This document shows positions 21,200 to 30,753 of a DNA stretch of 64,000 nucleotides, piece after piece. Both the position numbers and the translations under genes were made by a program. Origin of the DNA: Dehalococcoidia bacterium (GTDB lineage Bacteria > Chloroflexota > Dehalococcoidia > Bin125); the NCBI GenBank assembly GCA_965237475.1, contig OZ250140.1:2786720-2850719 (forward strand). Reading direction: 5' to 3'. Positions within the stretch are counted from its first letter, which is position 1. The number at the start of each line of letters is the position of its first letter. The notes below the pieces were generated by a model. The model saw only the letters and a program-made list of their open reading frames with translations. It did not search any database and was not told the DNA's origin.

Positions 21200-23956
21200 A
21201 TGGCACATCTACATCGCATTCGCTTCATCCTCGTGACCACTGCAATGCTGCTCGCCGTGCTGGGTGTCTCCCAGGTGCGGGCCGATGAGACCGCGGGCGC
21301 GCCGCTTGAGCTGGAGATCACTGCGTCGCGTGCGCTCTGCAGCGCCGGCTCGGTGACCGATGTCATCTGGACGATCCGCGGCGGCGTCGCGCCGTACGAG
21401 CTGGCGATCGATGGCCAGCCGCTCGATTCCAGCGCGCCGTTCGCCCGAATCAGGTGCGAGGCGCCCACCGACGAGGGGCTGGCCTGGCTGCTCGGCTTCG
21501 ATGGCTCACAACTGATCGTCGTCAGCGCGACCGACGCGGAGGGCGCGATCGCAACGGCGAGCACTCGCGTCGCGCTGGTCGGCTCGCTGTCGCCGCCCGT
21601 CCAGATTCGTGTGTGGAGCTACCCCACGTGGGAGGGCCAGCCGGTCGTGCGAGCGGCGTGGCTGCGCTCGGTCGCCGCGCGGAGGGTCTGGAGCCGCATG
21701 TTCCTGTTCCGCTGGCGCGAGCAAGGCGAGAGCGTCTGGACCTATGAACAGGCGGGCGAGACTGGCCGCCGCGGAGAGTACGAAGCCAGCTTCGCCCTGG
21801 ACGCCTCGCAGCAGGGCGAAGTACGGGAGTTCCAGATCGCGCAGCTTCGTCACGTGCTCGACCGTGAAGCGCCGGGACATCTGAGCTGGTCGCCGCTCGA
21901 CACCGTGACGATCGCTTCGCCGCCGCTCGAACTGACTGCCGCGGCGACTCACGATTCGGTCACGCTTTCCTGGGGCCCCGATGCACCCGGCCTGAAGTAC
22001 ACGGCGACCATCTCCGACGGCGATCTCCGCTACGCCAGCGGCAACGAGGTAAGCGTGAGCAGCGACGAGACGCCGCCCTACACCGCGCACTTCGGCAATC
22101 TGTTGCCCGACACGCGCTACGAGGTCTCCGTGCACCTCAACAGCGGCTACGGCGCGACCGTCCGGTCGTTTGAACTGCGGACCGAGCCGGCCCCCGAGGG
22201 CGCTTCGGCCGACGACTGGAAACCGCGCGAGATCGACGCCGCATTCGTCGATGGACAGCTGCAAGTCACCTGGAGCGCCCCTGCGCGGGGCTCTGAGCTC
22301 GGCTACCAAGTGTGCGCGCGGACGAGCGGCCGAGGCGGCTCGTTTAGCGACTGCGTCGAGGTCGGGCCGGGGACCCATCGCGCACGATTCTCGCGCAGCC
22401 TGCTCGGCGGCACGTACCGGATCCGCGTCGTGCACAAGTCCTTGCCGGAGGCGACGGCCGCTCGATTCCTGGAGGTTTCGTATCCCGCCGCCGATACGCC
22501 GAGCGGCGGCGAGCAGGCGGCGACGCCCCACGTCAGGCTGACGGGATGGCCGGATCCGTCGTATTGGGAGCCGTGGAGCAACAGACTCGCCGAGTTTGTG
22601 GTGTTCTCCGAGCCCCGTCCGGTCGGCGCGATCGCCGAGCTGGAGTGGATTCACGACGGCGAGCGGTTCGTCCGCCAGACCACGGAGTCGCGCACGTTCC
22701 TCTACATCGCCACGGATGAGTCGTTGCCGTTCCGCATTCGCTACCTGCGCGACGGCATCTGGACCCCGTGGTCCGAGACGATCACGCCGCCGACCGCGGC
22801 GGGCCGGCCGCGCGGGGTCAGGCTCTATGAGCAGAGTGGCAACCTGGCTGTTGACTGGCACGCGCCGACTCATGCGCGGGGCGTCGAGGGCTATCGGCTC
22901 TACATCAGTCGCGCCGGAGCTGAAGCGCAGGTGGTCGAGGTCGGGCCGGACACCGAAGCGTCCGTGCCGATCGAAGCGGACGGGGCGGAGTACTCGGTCG
23001 TGGTCGCGGGATTCAACGCCGAAGCCGGCGAGGGCTGGCGCTCTGAAGCCGCCACACTCCAACAGGGTGAGCCGCTGGCGTTCAGCGTCTGGCATGACGG
23101 CTTCTCGTGTCCCGCGGGGATCCCCGCGACGACGACCGCTCGCTGGTCGATCACCGGGGGCTCGGCGCCGTACACGATCTCGGTCGGCGACGACCCCGGA
23201 TTTGAGACAACCGATCGCGGGGGCTCGCTTGAGGTCGAATGTGACCCCAATCCCGAGGGCGAAGCGGCGGGGCGGCAGGTCGTAGAAGCGCGGGTGGTGG
23301 ATTTCAACGGGGAGTCGCAGTCCCAATCGTTTGAGGTGTGTCACCAACGCATCGAGAACGGGGAGAACCCCTACGCCTTGCAGTTGGGCTTGCGCAGTGT
23401 GCACCGCACGCACGTGTGGCTGAGCTGGTCGTGCCGACATCCCGCGCACACGCTGGCGCTGCGTTGGCGGCACGACGGCTCCAGCGCGTGGTCCTACGCG
23501 CCGGGCGACAACTTCACCCAGAGCTACTACTACGACGGCTTGTGCCGCGCGAAGTGGTCGGGGCTTGAGCCAGGCCTGCGGCACGAGTTCCAGCTGGCCC
23601 ACTATCACGACCCGGCGCAGCTCGATGCGCCGGAGCTGCTCGAGTGGTCGCCGTCGGAGAGTGTGACGACGCTCGGTGATCCGACGGACCTGAGCGTGAC
23701 TCAGGAAGGCGCGGACGTGACCGTTTCGTGGGCGAAGCAGCCTGACGCCTGGGGCTACCAGGTCGTGCTGCGCGCCGACGGGACTGCGTGGTGGCGGCAG
23801 TACGAGCCGAGCGGCGACGATCTCGAGCGTGTGGTGTTCCGCGGTCTGCCCGACGGAGCGGCGTTTGAGGCGGAGATCATCACGCCGCCTCAGTCGGGCG
23901 GGGTGGATTCGCTCGTCCCCGGGTTTGAGTACGTCTATTACGGCTGCGGCTGTTAG
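21200..23956 (+). CDS. Large secreted fibronectin type III-like repeat protein
   Basis: Signal peptide (VLGVSQVRA-DE); Trp-spaced beta repeats (LTAAATHDSVTLSW, LQVTWSAP, LAVDWHAP, VTVSWAKQP); internal duplication WTIRGGVAPY / WSITGGSAPY. Confidence 0.7.
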   Translation: MAHLHRIRFILVTTAMLLAVLGVSQVRADETAGAPLELEITASRALCSAGSVTDVIWTIRGGVAPYELAIDGQPLDSSAPFARIRCEAPTDEGLAWLLGFDGSQLIVVSATDAEGAIATASTRVALVGSLSPPVQIRVWSYPTWEGQPVVRAAWLRSVAARRVWSRMFLFRWREQGESVWTYEQAGETGRRGEYEASFALDASQQGEVREFQIAQLRHVLDREAPGHLSWSPLDTVTIASPPLELTAAATHDSVTLSWGPDAPGLKYTATISDGDLRYASGNEVSVSSDETPPYTAHFGNLLPDTRYEVSVHLNSGYGATVRSFELRTEPAPEGASADDWKPREIDAAFVDGQLQVTWSAPARGSELGYQVCARTSGRGGSFSDCVEVGPGTHRARFSRSLLGGTYRIRVVHKSLPEATAARFLEVSYPAADTPSGGEQAATPHVRLTGWPDPSYWEPWSNRLAEFVVFSEPRPVGAIAELEWIHDGERFVRQTTESRTFLYIATDESLPFRIRYLRDGIWTPWSETITPPTAAGRPRGVRLYEQSGNLAVDWHAPTHARGVEGYRLYISRAGAEAQVVEVGPDTEASVPIEADGAEYSVVVAGFNAEAGEGWRSEAATLQQGEPLAFSVWHDGFSCPAGIPATTTARWSITGGSAPYTISVGDDPGFETTDRGGSLEVECDPNPEGEAAGRQVVEARVVDFNGESQSQSFEVCHQRIENGENPYALQLGLRSVHRTHVWLSWSCRHPAHTLALRWRHDGSSAWSYAPGDNFTQSYYYDGLCRAKWSGLEPGLRHEFQLAHYHDPAQLDAPELLEWSPSESVTTLGDPTDLSVTQEGADVTVSWAKQPDAWGYQVVLRADGTAWWRQYEPSGDDLERVVFRGLPDGAAFEAEIITPPQSGGVDSLVPGFEYVYYGCGC

Positions 23957-24088
23957 CGGGGTTGGGTACGGGCGGGAAGGGAGCTGCGCGATGCGGGTGT
24001 GGTGCGCCGTCGCCGGAGGCGGCGCGGCTGGCGAGGTAGCGGCGGGATTCATCTGTCGCGAATCGACTGCGTAGACTCCATCGCGACT

Positions 24089-24478
24089 ATGCGTCCTGGA
24101 ATTCTTGCGTCGATCGTGGTGTGTCTGGTGCTCGTCGTGGGTTGCGGGGGTTCATCGGAGCCGGTGGTTGAGCTGACGGTGAATCGGACTGCGGGGGTGC
24201 TGGAGGCGGGGGGCGAGTATACGGTGCACCTGATCAACCTGTCGGTGCCGGAAGGGCGGGATTTGGAGATTGGGGAGACGCTGTTTGAGCCTTGCGAGGC
24301 GGCCTGCGAGAACGGCTTCTACCTGCATGTGGTGGGGACTGAAGCGGGGGCGTGGATTGGGATCTCGACGCCGAGCGGCTCGGAGTTCGAGCGCGAGACG
24401 GGCGGCGATGCGGCGCTTGACGCGTGGTTTGACGAGCTGATCGCGAGCGTTGGCAGGCCGCGGACGGGGAGTCGTTAG
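24089..24478 (+). CDS. Hypothetical lipoprotein
   Basis: Hydrophobic N-terminus ending in lipobox VVGC. Confidence 0.55.
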   Translation: MRPGILASIVVCLVLVVGCGGSSEPVVELTVNRTAGVLEAGGEYTVHLINLSVPEGRDLEIGETLFEPCEAACENGFYLHVVGTEAGAWIGISTPSGSEFERETGGDAALDAWFDELIASVGRPRTGSR

Positions 24479-24506
24479 CCTGCCACAGAGTCAAAGGGAG
24501 GCCGCG

Positions 24507-25490
24507 ATGGCGACCAAGTTTGGGCTGACGCTCTCGAACCGGGGGATCGTGACGGGATCCAGCACGTTGGAGGACATGCTCACGCTGGCGCGTCAGGCCG
24601 ACGCGAACGAGGCGTGGGACAGCATCTGGGTGGGGGATTCGATCCTGGCCAAGCCGCGGCTCGACGCGCTGAACCTGATGTCGGCGCTGGCGACGCACAC
24701 GGAGCGGGTGCGGATTGGTCCGGCCTGCTTCGCCAGCACGCCGCTGCGGCCGGCGCTGCTGCTCGCGTATCAGTGGGCCTCGCTCGACCTGCTCAGCAAC
24801 GGGCGCTCGATCTTCGTCGCCTGCATGGGCCAGCCCGGTGGCGGTGGCGGCGACATGCTGCCGGAGTTCGAAGCATTCTGCATCCCCACCGAATCGCGCA
24901 TGGGGCGAATGGAGGAGGCGATCGAAATCATGCGCCTGCTCACCAGTCAGGACGACGTCTCGTACCACGGGGAGTACAACGACTTCGACCACGTGACGAT
25001 TGAGCCGCGCTCGGTGCAGCGGCCGGTGCCGATCTGGGTTACGTCGAACCCGGCGCGACACCTGAGCCGGAATCGCCGCAACGGGCTGAGTCGGGTCGCG
25101 CGGCTGGGCGACGGCTGGATGACCACGTTCCAGCCGCCCGATGTCGTGCGCGAGTACCGCGCCGAGATTCAGGGCTACGCGGACGAAGCGGGGCGCGAGC
25201 TGGACGACGACTTCGAGGTCGCCGTCTACTACAACATCAACGTCAACGAGGATCGGGACGCCGCGCTGGCCGAATCGAAGCGCTATCTGGACGCCTACTA
25301 CACGACGGACTACTCGGAGCCGATGCTGAATCTCTGGGTCGCGATGGGCCCACCCGAGCAGTGCATCGCGGACATTCAGGAATACGTCGACGCGGGCGCG
25401 ACAACGATCACCCTGCGGCTCGTGGGCTATGACCAGCAGCACCAGTACCGCCGCGTGACCGAAGAGGTCCTGCCGGCGCTCACGGGCTGA
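24507..25490 (+). CDS. LLM class flavin-dependent oxidoreductase
   Basis: SIWVGDS, THTERVRIG, RVARLGDGW; GGGAGG RBS. Confidence 0.88.
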   Translation: MATKFGLTLSNRGIVTGSSTLEDMLTLARQADANEAWDSIWVGDSILAKPRLDALNLMSALATHTERVRIGPACFASTPLRPALLLAYQWASLDLLSNGRSIFVACMGQPGGGGGDMLPEFEAFCIPTESRMGRMEEAIEIMRLLTSQDDVSYHGEYNDFDHVTIEPRSVQRPVPIWVTSNPARHLSRNRRNGLSRVARLGDGWMTTFQPPDVVREYRAEIQGYADEAGRELDDDFEVAVYYNINVNEDRDAALAESKRYLDAYYTTDYSEPMLNLWVAMGPPEQCIADIQEYVDAGATTITLRLVGYDQQHQYRRVTEEVLPALTG

Positions 25491-25509
25491 GGCGGGAGGA
25501 GGCGCGACG

Positions 25510-26553
25510 ATGGACACACAGTACATCGAGAGCAATGGGATTCGTCTGCATGTCACGACGGATGGTCCGAGCGACGGGGACCCGGTGCTGCTGATTCACG
25601 GATTTCCGGAGACCAGCTACGAGTGGCGCAAGCAGATTCCGGCGTTGGTCGAGGCGGGCTATCGCGTGATCGTGCCGGACACGCGCGGCTTCGGGCAGTC
25701 GGACAAGCCGCCCGGGCCGTATTCGCGCGCGCTGTTGGCCGACGACATGGTCGGCGTGCTCGACCACTTCGATGTCGAGCAGGCGGCGGTGGTGGGGCAC
25801 GACTGGGGCGGGATCATCGGCTTCAAGCTGGTGATCGACCAGCAGGACCGCGTGTCGCGCACCGCGCTGATGGACACGCTGTGCACTGTCTGGCTGCCGC
25901 AGGCGATTCACGGCTTCTGGTTCAAGGCGGAGCCGCTGCCGGAGCAGTTCTTCGCGCAATACCACGCTGAGTTCATCGCGCAGATCTTCGGCGGCGAGCT
26001 CGACGTGGAGCTGCCGGGCTGGCCGCAATCGCCGTGGAACTACACGGCGGGGCGGCTGAACCAGAATCGCTGGTCGAGCGACGACGACATCCGCACGTAT
26101 CAGCAGGCATTCAGCGATCCGGATTCGCAGCGCGCGGCGATCTCGTACTACCGCGACGCGCTGCCGTTTCATCGGATCATCGAGGACGAGGATCTGACCG
26201 GCGGGCTGCGGTTTGATCGGCTCGGCTCGGCGCAAGTGGGAGAGATCTGGCGCGCGGGGCTGGAGAACCATCCGCACGGACGCGAACACATGGAGTACGG
26301 GCCGGAGGACCGCGGCAAGCAGTTTCCCGGTCCGGCGCTATGGATGTACGGGGACCCGACGAACCGCGCGAGACCGGGGGTTGTGCCTTCGGGGAACGCG
26401 TTCTTCGACCAGTTCCCGATGTATTTTCCCGATCTGCGGGCTGAGCCCGCGCCGGGCTCGGGGCACTTCTTCCCGGAGGAGGACCCGGACCACACCAACG
26501 CAACCCTGTTGCAGTTTCTCGCCGACACACCGGCCGAACGGAGCACCGCATGA
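25510..26553 (+). CDS. Epoxide hydrolase-like alpha/beta hydrolase
   Basis: HGFPE, PDTRGFGQSDKP, HDWGG, GHFFPEE. Confidence 0.88.
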   Translation: MDTQYIESNGIRLHVTTDGPSDGDPVLLIHGFPETSYEWRKQIPALVEAGYRVIVPDTRGFGQSDKPPGPYSRALLADDMVGVLDHFDVEQAAVVGHDWGGIIGFKLVIDQQDRVSRTALMDTLCTVWLPQAIHGFWFKAEPLPEQFFAQYHAEFIAQIFGGELDVELPGWPQSPWNYTAGRLNQNRWSSDDDIRTYQQAFSDPDSQRAAISYYRDALPFHRIIEDEDLTGGLRFDRLGSAQVGEIWRAGLENHPHGREHMEYGPEDRGKQFPGPALWMYGDPTNRARPGVVPSGNAFFDQFPMYFPDLRAEPAPGSGHFFPEEDPDHTNATLLQFLADTPAERSTA

Positions 26554-26999
26554 GCCACTCAGAATCCGACCGACTCGCCCTCCAGCTGCTGGAGCAGCTG
26601 ACCGAAACCGTCCGCACGCTGCTGGCGATGGACGACGACGACCTGGCCTTCCCGACCACGCACGGGTGCGCGATGAACGGCGGCGTCCGGCGGCTGCTGA
26701 TCCATAACGCCGAGCACGACCGGACGCACACGAGCGCCATGTCGGCGGCGCGCCAGAGCGCGAGGCAGATGCAGGAGTCGGAGCTCGCCCGTCTCACCCA
26801 GGAGCTGATCCGCCAGCGCGCCGAACTCGTCGGCCAACTGCTCCAGATGCCCGACGAGCTGCTCGAGGCGAAGGCGCCAAGCGACGATTGGTCAATCCGC
26901 GAAAATGTCGAGCACATTCTCTTCTGGGAGAACGACTCGATGGTGCAAGCGTCGTCGGAGGTCGCTGCTGAGGCGGGCGAGCTCGCAACGGCGGACTAG
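26550..26999 (+). CDS. DinB-family protein, apparently circularly permuted
   Basis: LLIHNAEHDRTH precedes WSIRENVEHILFWE. Confidence 0.65.
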   Translation: MSHSESDRLALQLLEQLTETVRTLLAMDDDDLAFPTTHGCAMNGGVRRLLIHNAEHDRTHTSAMSAARQSARQMQESELARLTQELIRQRAELVGQLLQMPDELLEAKAPSDDWSIRENVEHILFWENDSMVQASSEVAAEAGELATAD

Positions 27000-27006
27000 G
27001 CTCCCA

Positions 27007-30000
27007 GTGCCGCCGACCAATCTCGCCGCCAACGACCTCGCCTACTACGGTGACCGCGCCCAGGCGATCCTCGATCGACACGACGCGCCGGGCGCCTCCG
27101 AGGCTGAGATTCGCGCGGCGGTGCGCGACTTCCTGATCGAGACCAAGCTGGCGACGGCTGACTCGATTCAGATGGAACAATCGCCCGGCGATGGATCGTC
27201 GGGTCGCGTCGACCTGCGCACCCGCGACGTAATCTTCGAGTTCAAGGTGCGAATCGGCAATCGCATCCAACCTGAAGCCAAGCATGTGCAGCAGTTGGAC
27301 GACTACCTAAGCGCAGCGCTTGTGGGCGGGCAACAGCAACGGTTTGGCATCCTGACGGACGGCAAGTATTGGATTCTGCGCTGGCCGGGTATGGGGTCGG
27401 TCAACACGCAACCGCCGAACGCGTTCACCCTCGCGAGCGCCGACCACGGACTGCTGTTGTATGAGTGGCTGCGCGACCAGGCGCAGGCGCTGGAAGCACC
27501 CGACATCCCGCCGACGGAGGACGAAATCCGCAACCGGCTGGGGACGGGGCCGCGCTTTGATCTGCACCTCAACGCCCTGCGCGACCTCTACACAGAGCAC
27601 CGCGACCATCCCACCATCGCGGTCAAGCGCGAACTCTGGCGGCGACTGCTGGCCGCCGCGCTGGGGCAGGTCGTGGAAGAGGACCCCGACCTCGATGATC
27701 TCTTCCTGCGTCACACGTATCTCTCGGTCGTCGTTGGGCTGGCGGTGCAGTCCGCATTTGGGATTGAGATCGAGCACTGGGCCGCCGGCGATGCCGAGCG
27801 ACTGCTCAATGGTCAGCTCTTCGCTGACGAGACCGGACTGAGCGGCGTGGTCGAGTCGGATTTTTTCACCTGGCTGCTGGAAGTCGGCGGCGAGCAGTGG
27901 CTGCGCGATCTGGCGCGGCGGATCGCGCAGTTCGACTGGCCCAACGCCGATTCCGACATCGCCCGCATCCTCTACGAATCGGTGATCCCCGCCGAAGAAC
28001 GCCGCCGCCTCGGCGAGTACTACACCCCCGACTGGCTCGCCCGCGCCATTGTCGACGCCGTGGTCACCGATCCGCTGGAGCAGCGCGTGCTCGACCCGGC
28101 CTGCGGCTCGGGCGCGTTCATCTTCGCCGCGGTGCGCAAATACCTCGCCGCCGCGCAGGAGGCTGGCTGGGTGCCGGCGCAGGCGCTAGACGGGCTGCTC
28201 AATCACGTGGTCGGGATCGACGTGCATCCTGTCGCCGTCCACCTCGCCCGCGCCACTTGGACCTTCGCCGCCCGCGACGCCATCGAAGCGGCGCGCGACG
28301 CCAACATGACGGTCACCGTACCCGTCTACTTGGGGGACTCGCTGCAACTGCGCACCGAATCCTCAGGCATGTTTGCCCAGCAGACGGTGACCATTCCCGT
28401 GCCCGATCCACCGGACGCCGATCTGGAATTCAACCGTGAGCTGGAGTTTCCTCGCGCGCTGGTGGAACAGGCCGACAGGTTCGACAATTTGATGACCAGC
28501 ATGGCGAGCACAATCGAGAGCGGCGGCGATCCTGTCTGGGCCCTCGACGACAAAGGCATCGACGAGGGCGACGATCGCAAGATGCTGGAGCGCACGGCGA
28601 AGCTGCTACAGCGGCTGCACGAGGAAGGCCGTGACCACATCTGGGCCTACTACACGCGCAACCTCGTGCGCCCGGTTGCCTTGCGCGCCAATCCGGTAGA
28701 CGTGATCGTGGGTAACCCGCCGTGGCTGACGTATAACCGCAGCCAGGCGGTGGTGCGCGAAGAGTTGGAGCGTCAGAGTAAGGATCGCTACGTGATCTGG
28801 GCGGGCGGGAGAAACGCTCCGAATCAGGAAATGGCCGGTCTGTTCTTTGCCCGATGTGCGGAGCTGTACCTCAAGCCAGGCGGGGCCGCAGCAATGGTGC
28901 TGCCCCATAGCGCTCTGCAAGCCGGTCCGTTCAAAAAATGGCGCAGCGGACAGTGGGGAGTCGTATCCGTTGATCTGGGCATTCAGCTGCCTTGGGATCT
29001 CGAACGAATCCAGCCAAATGACTTCTTTCCTCTCCCAGCGTGTGTCGCCTTCCTGAAGCGCAAGGATCCTCCAGGCAAGCCACTGCCGCAACATGCGGAT
29101 CGTTGGCGCGGCCCCTTGGGCGGCCCGTTTGAGCATGAGTCTGTACCACTCATGGATACATCCGGGGGTTTCGCCTCGCCATACGGAGATAAGGCGCGGC
29201 GCGGCGCAGATATCTTTCCTCGCGTGCTGTATTTAGTGACCTTGGAAGAATCGACAGCCTTGGTTCGCGCAGCAAATACGTTGATAGTTTCTCCCCGCCG
29301 GACCTCGCAAGAAAAGTCCCCGTGGCGTGAGCTTGAGGCAGCTGCATTGGACGGCCAAGCCATCGAGGCCGAGCATGTTTTCGATGTGCATCTTGGAACA
29401 ACGGTTGCGCCGTATGTTCTGCTGGAGCCGTTGAAGGCGGTCCTGCCCCTGTCGATGATGACCGGGGATTTGATCAAGAAGGAGGACGGCTGGTACGGCT
29501 TGGATCCGCTCTCCCTGGGCGGTCGTATGCGACGACGGTGGAAGTTGATCAACGAACTCTGGGATGAAAACAAGGGCGAGAATAGTAAACTTGAGCTCCT
29601 GGCCAATCTTGACTACATGCATAAGCTAAGTAGCCAACAATCGTCTAACTTCAAGACCGGTTGGTTAGTGGTGTACGGCAAGGCGGGACGCCCAACCGCG
29701 GCCGTAATGAACGCACAGGGATGCCTTGTCGATAAGACGCTCATCTGGGTTCCTTGCCAGAAGATCGAAGAGGCCCATTTTCTGACTGCGATTATTAATA
29801 GTAAGGTGCTTCAGGAAACGCTAGAGCCACTAATGCCGAAGGGTCAATTCGGGGCTCGCGATATCGAAAAACACCTTTGGCGGCTTCCCATTCCCGAGTA
29901 CGACAAGGACATATCCCTCCACCGGGAGATCGCCGAGGCCGGCAAATCCGCCGCTGGGGGGGCGGCGCAGGTGTTGTCGGAGGTCCGGGCGGAGCGCGAG

Positions 30001-30114
30001 GCGTCGGGCAAGGGGTTCACGGTGACGATTGCACGTCGGGAGTTGCGTCGGTGGTTGTCGGAGTCGGACGAGGGGCGGACGGTGGAGGGGTTGGTTGGCC
30101 GGCTGTTGGGGTGA
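27007..30114 (+). CDS. Fused restriction-modification enzyme (type IIG/IIL-like: PD-(D/E)xK nuclease, N6-adenine MTase, TRD)
   Basis: RVDLRTRDVIFEFK; GEYYTPDWLA; motif I VLDPACGSG; motif IV NPPW; GTG start at 27007 inferred. Confidence 0.88.
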   Translation: MPPTNLAANDLAYYGDRAQAILDRHDAPGASEAEIRAAVRDFLIETKLATADSIQMEQSPGDGSSGRVDLRTRDVIFEFKVRIGNRIQPEAKHVQQLDDYLSAALVGGQQQRFGILTDGKYWILRWPGMGSVNTQPPNAFTLASADHGLLLYEWLRDQAQALEAPDIPPTEDEIRNRLGTGPRFDLHLNALRDLYTEHRDHPTIAVKRELWRRLLAAALGQVVEEDPDLDDLFLRHTYLSVVVGLAVQSAFGIEIEHWAAGDAERLLNGQLFADETGLSGVVESDFFTWLLEVGGEQWLRDLARRIAQFDWPNADSDIARILYESVIPAEERRRLGEYYTPDWLARAIVDAVVTDPLEQRVLDPACGSGAFIFAAVRKYLAAAQEAGWVPAQALDGLLNHVVGIDVHPVAVHLARATWTFAARDAIEAARDANMTVTVPVYLGDSLQLRTESSGMFAQQTVTIPVPDPPDADLEFNRELEFPRALVEQADRFDNLMTSMASTIESGGDPVWALDDKGIDEGDDRKMLERTAKLLQRLHEEGRDHIWAYYTRNLVRPVALRANPVDVIVGNPPWLTYNRSQAVVREELERQSKDRYVIWAGGRNAPNQEMAGLFFARCAELYLKPGGAAAMVLPHSALQAGPFKKWRSGQWGVVSVDLGIQLPWDLERIQPNDFFPLPACVAFLKRKDPPGKPLPQHADRWRGPLGGPFEHESVPLMDTSGGFASPYGDKARRGADIFPRVLYLVTLEESTALVRAANTLIVSPRRTSQEKSPWRELEAAALDGQAIEAEHVFDVHLGTTVAPYVLLEPLKAVLPLSMMTGDLIKKEDGWYGLDPLSLGGRMRRRWKLINELWDENKGENSKLELLANLDYMHKLSSQQSSNFKTGWLVVYGKAGRPTAAVMNAQGCLVDKTLIWVPCQKIEEAHFLTAIINSKVLQETLEPLMPKGQFGARDIEKHLWRLPIPEYDKDISLHREIAEAGKSAAGGAAQVLSEVRAEREASGKGFTVTIARRELRRWLSESDEGRTVEGLVGRLLG

Positions 30115-30123
30115 GGCGGCTCG

Positions 30124-30150
30124 CGGGGATAATTCCCCGTTTGACTTCTT
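30124..30150 (+). terminator. Probable intrinsic terminator after the R-M gene
   Basis: CGGGGA-TAAT-TCCCCG followed by TTTGACTTCTT. Confidence 0.55.
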
Positions 30151-30216
30151 GGCTATGGCGAGCTACACGTGAGTAGACGGCTGCTCATTTCCGAGCCGTC
30201 ATAGAAAAGAGCGATC

Positions 30217-30450
30217 GTGGCGCAGAAGAGCAGACACATCACCCCTCGCAACAGCGGTTGGGCGAACAAGAAGGCCGGCAACCAGCACGCAACCAGCGTC
30301 CACCCGACGCAGGCAGCCGCCATGCAGGCCGCACGTCGAGATCTTGCCAAGCAAGGTGGCGGCGAACTGGTAACTCACGGCAAAGACGGCCGGATTCGCC
30401 AGAAAGACACCGTGGCCCCAGCCAAGGATCCGTTCCCGCCGCGAGGCTGA
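30217..30450 (+). CDS. DUF2188 domain protein
   Basis: HITPRNSGW...HPTQAAAMQAAR...ELVTHGKDGRIRQKDT. Confidence 0.8.
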   Translation: MAQKSRHITPRNSGWANKKAGNQHATSVHPTQAAAMQAARRDLAKQGGGELVTHGKDGRIRQKDTVAPAKDPFPPRG

Positions 30451-30471
30451 TGTCGTGACGGATGTGCTGGC

Positions 30472-30753
30472 TTAGATGTCCCGATAGGTGGCTTCGTTGC
30501 GGCGTAGGACATCGGTGACGGTTACGACGCGCGCATCGTCATCGATCTCATAGAGGATCCGCCAGTTGCCCCACCGGACCCGATACCGGTCCCGATCACC
30601 GCGCAGCTTGAGCACGCCGTGCGGTCGCGGGTTCGCAGGCAATGCCAAGATCGCGGCCGACAACTTGTCGTAATCCCGCCCGCCGATCCGATCGATTTGG
30701 CGCTCGGCGCGCCGGATGATGTCCAGCCGGTATGGCAACGGATCAGTGGTCAT
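30472..30753 (-). CDS. relE: RelE/ParE family toxin
   Basis: LPANPRPHGVLKLRG...YRVRWGNWRILYEIDD; 4-nt overlap with the upstream gene. Confidence 0.85.
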   Translation of the reverse strand: MTTDPLPYRLDIIRRAERQIDRIGGRDYDKLSAAILALPANPRPHGVLKLRGDRDRYRVRWGNWRILYEIDDDARVVTVTDVLRRNEATYRDI

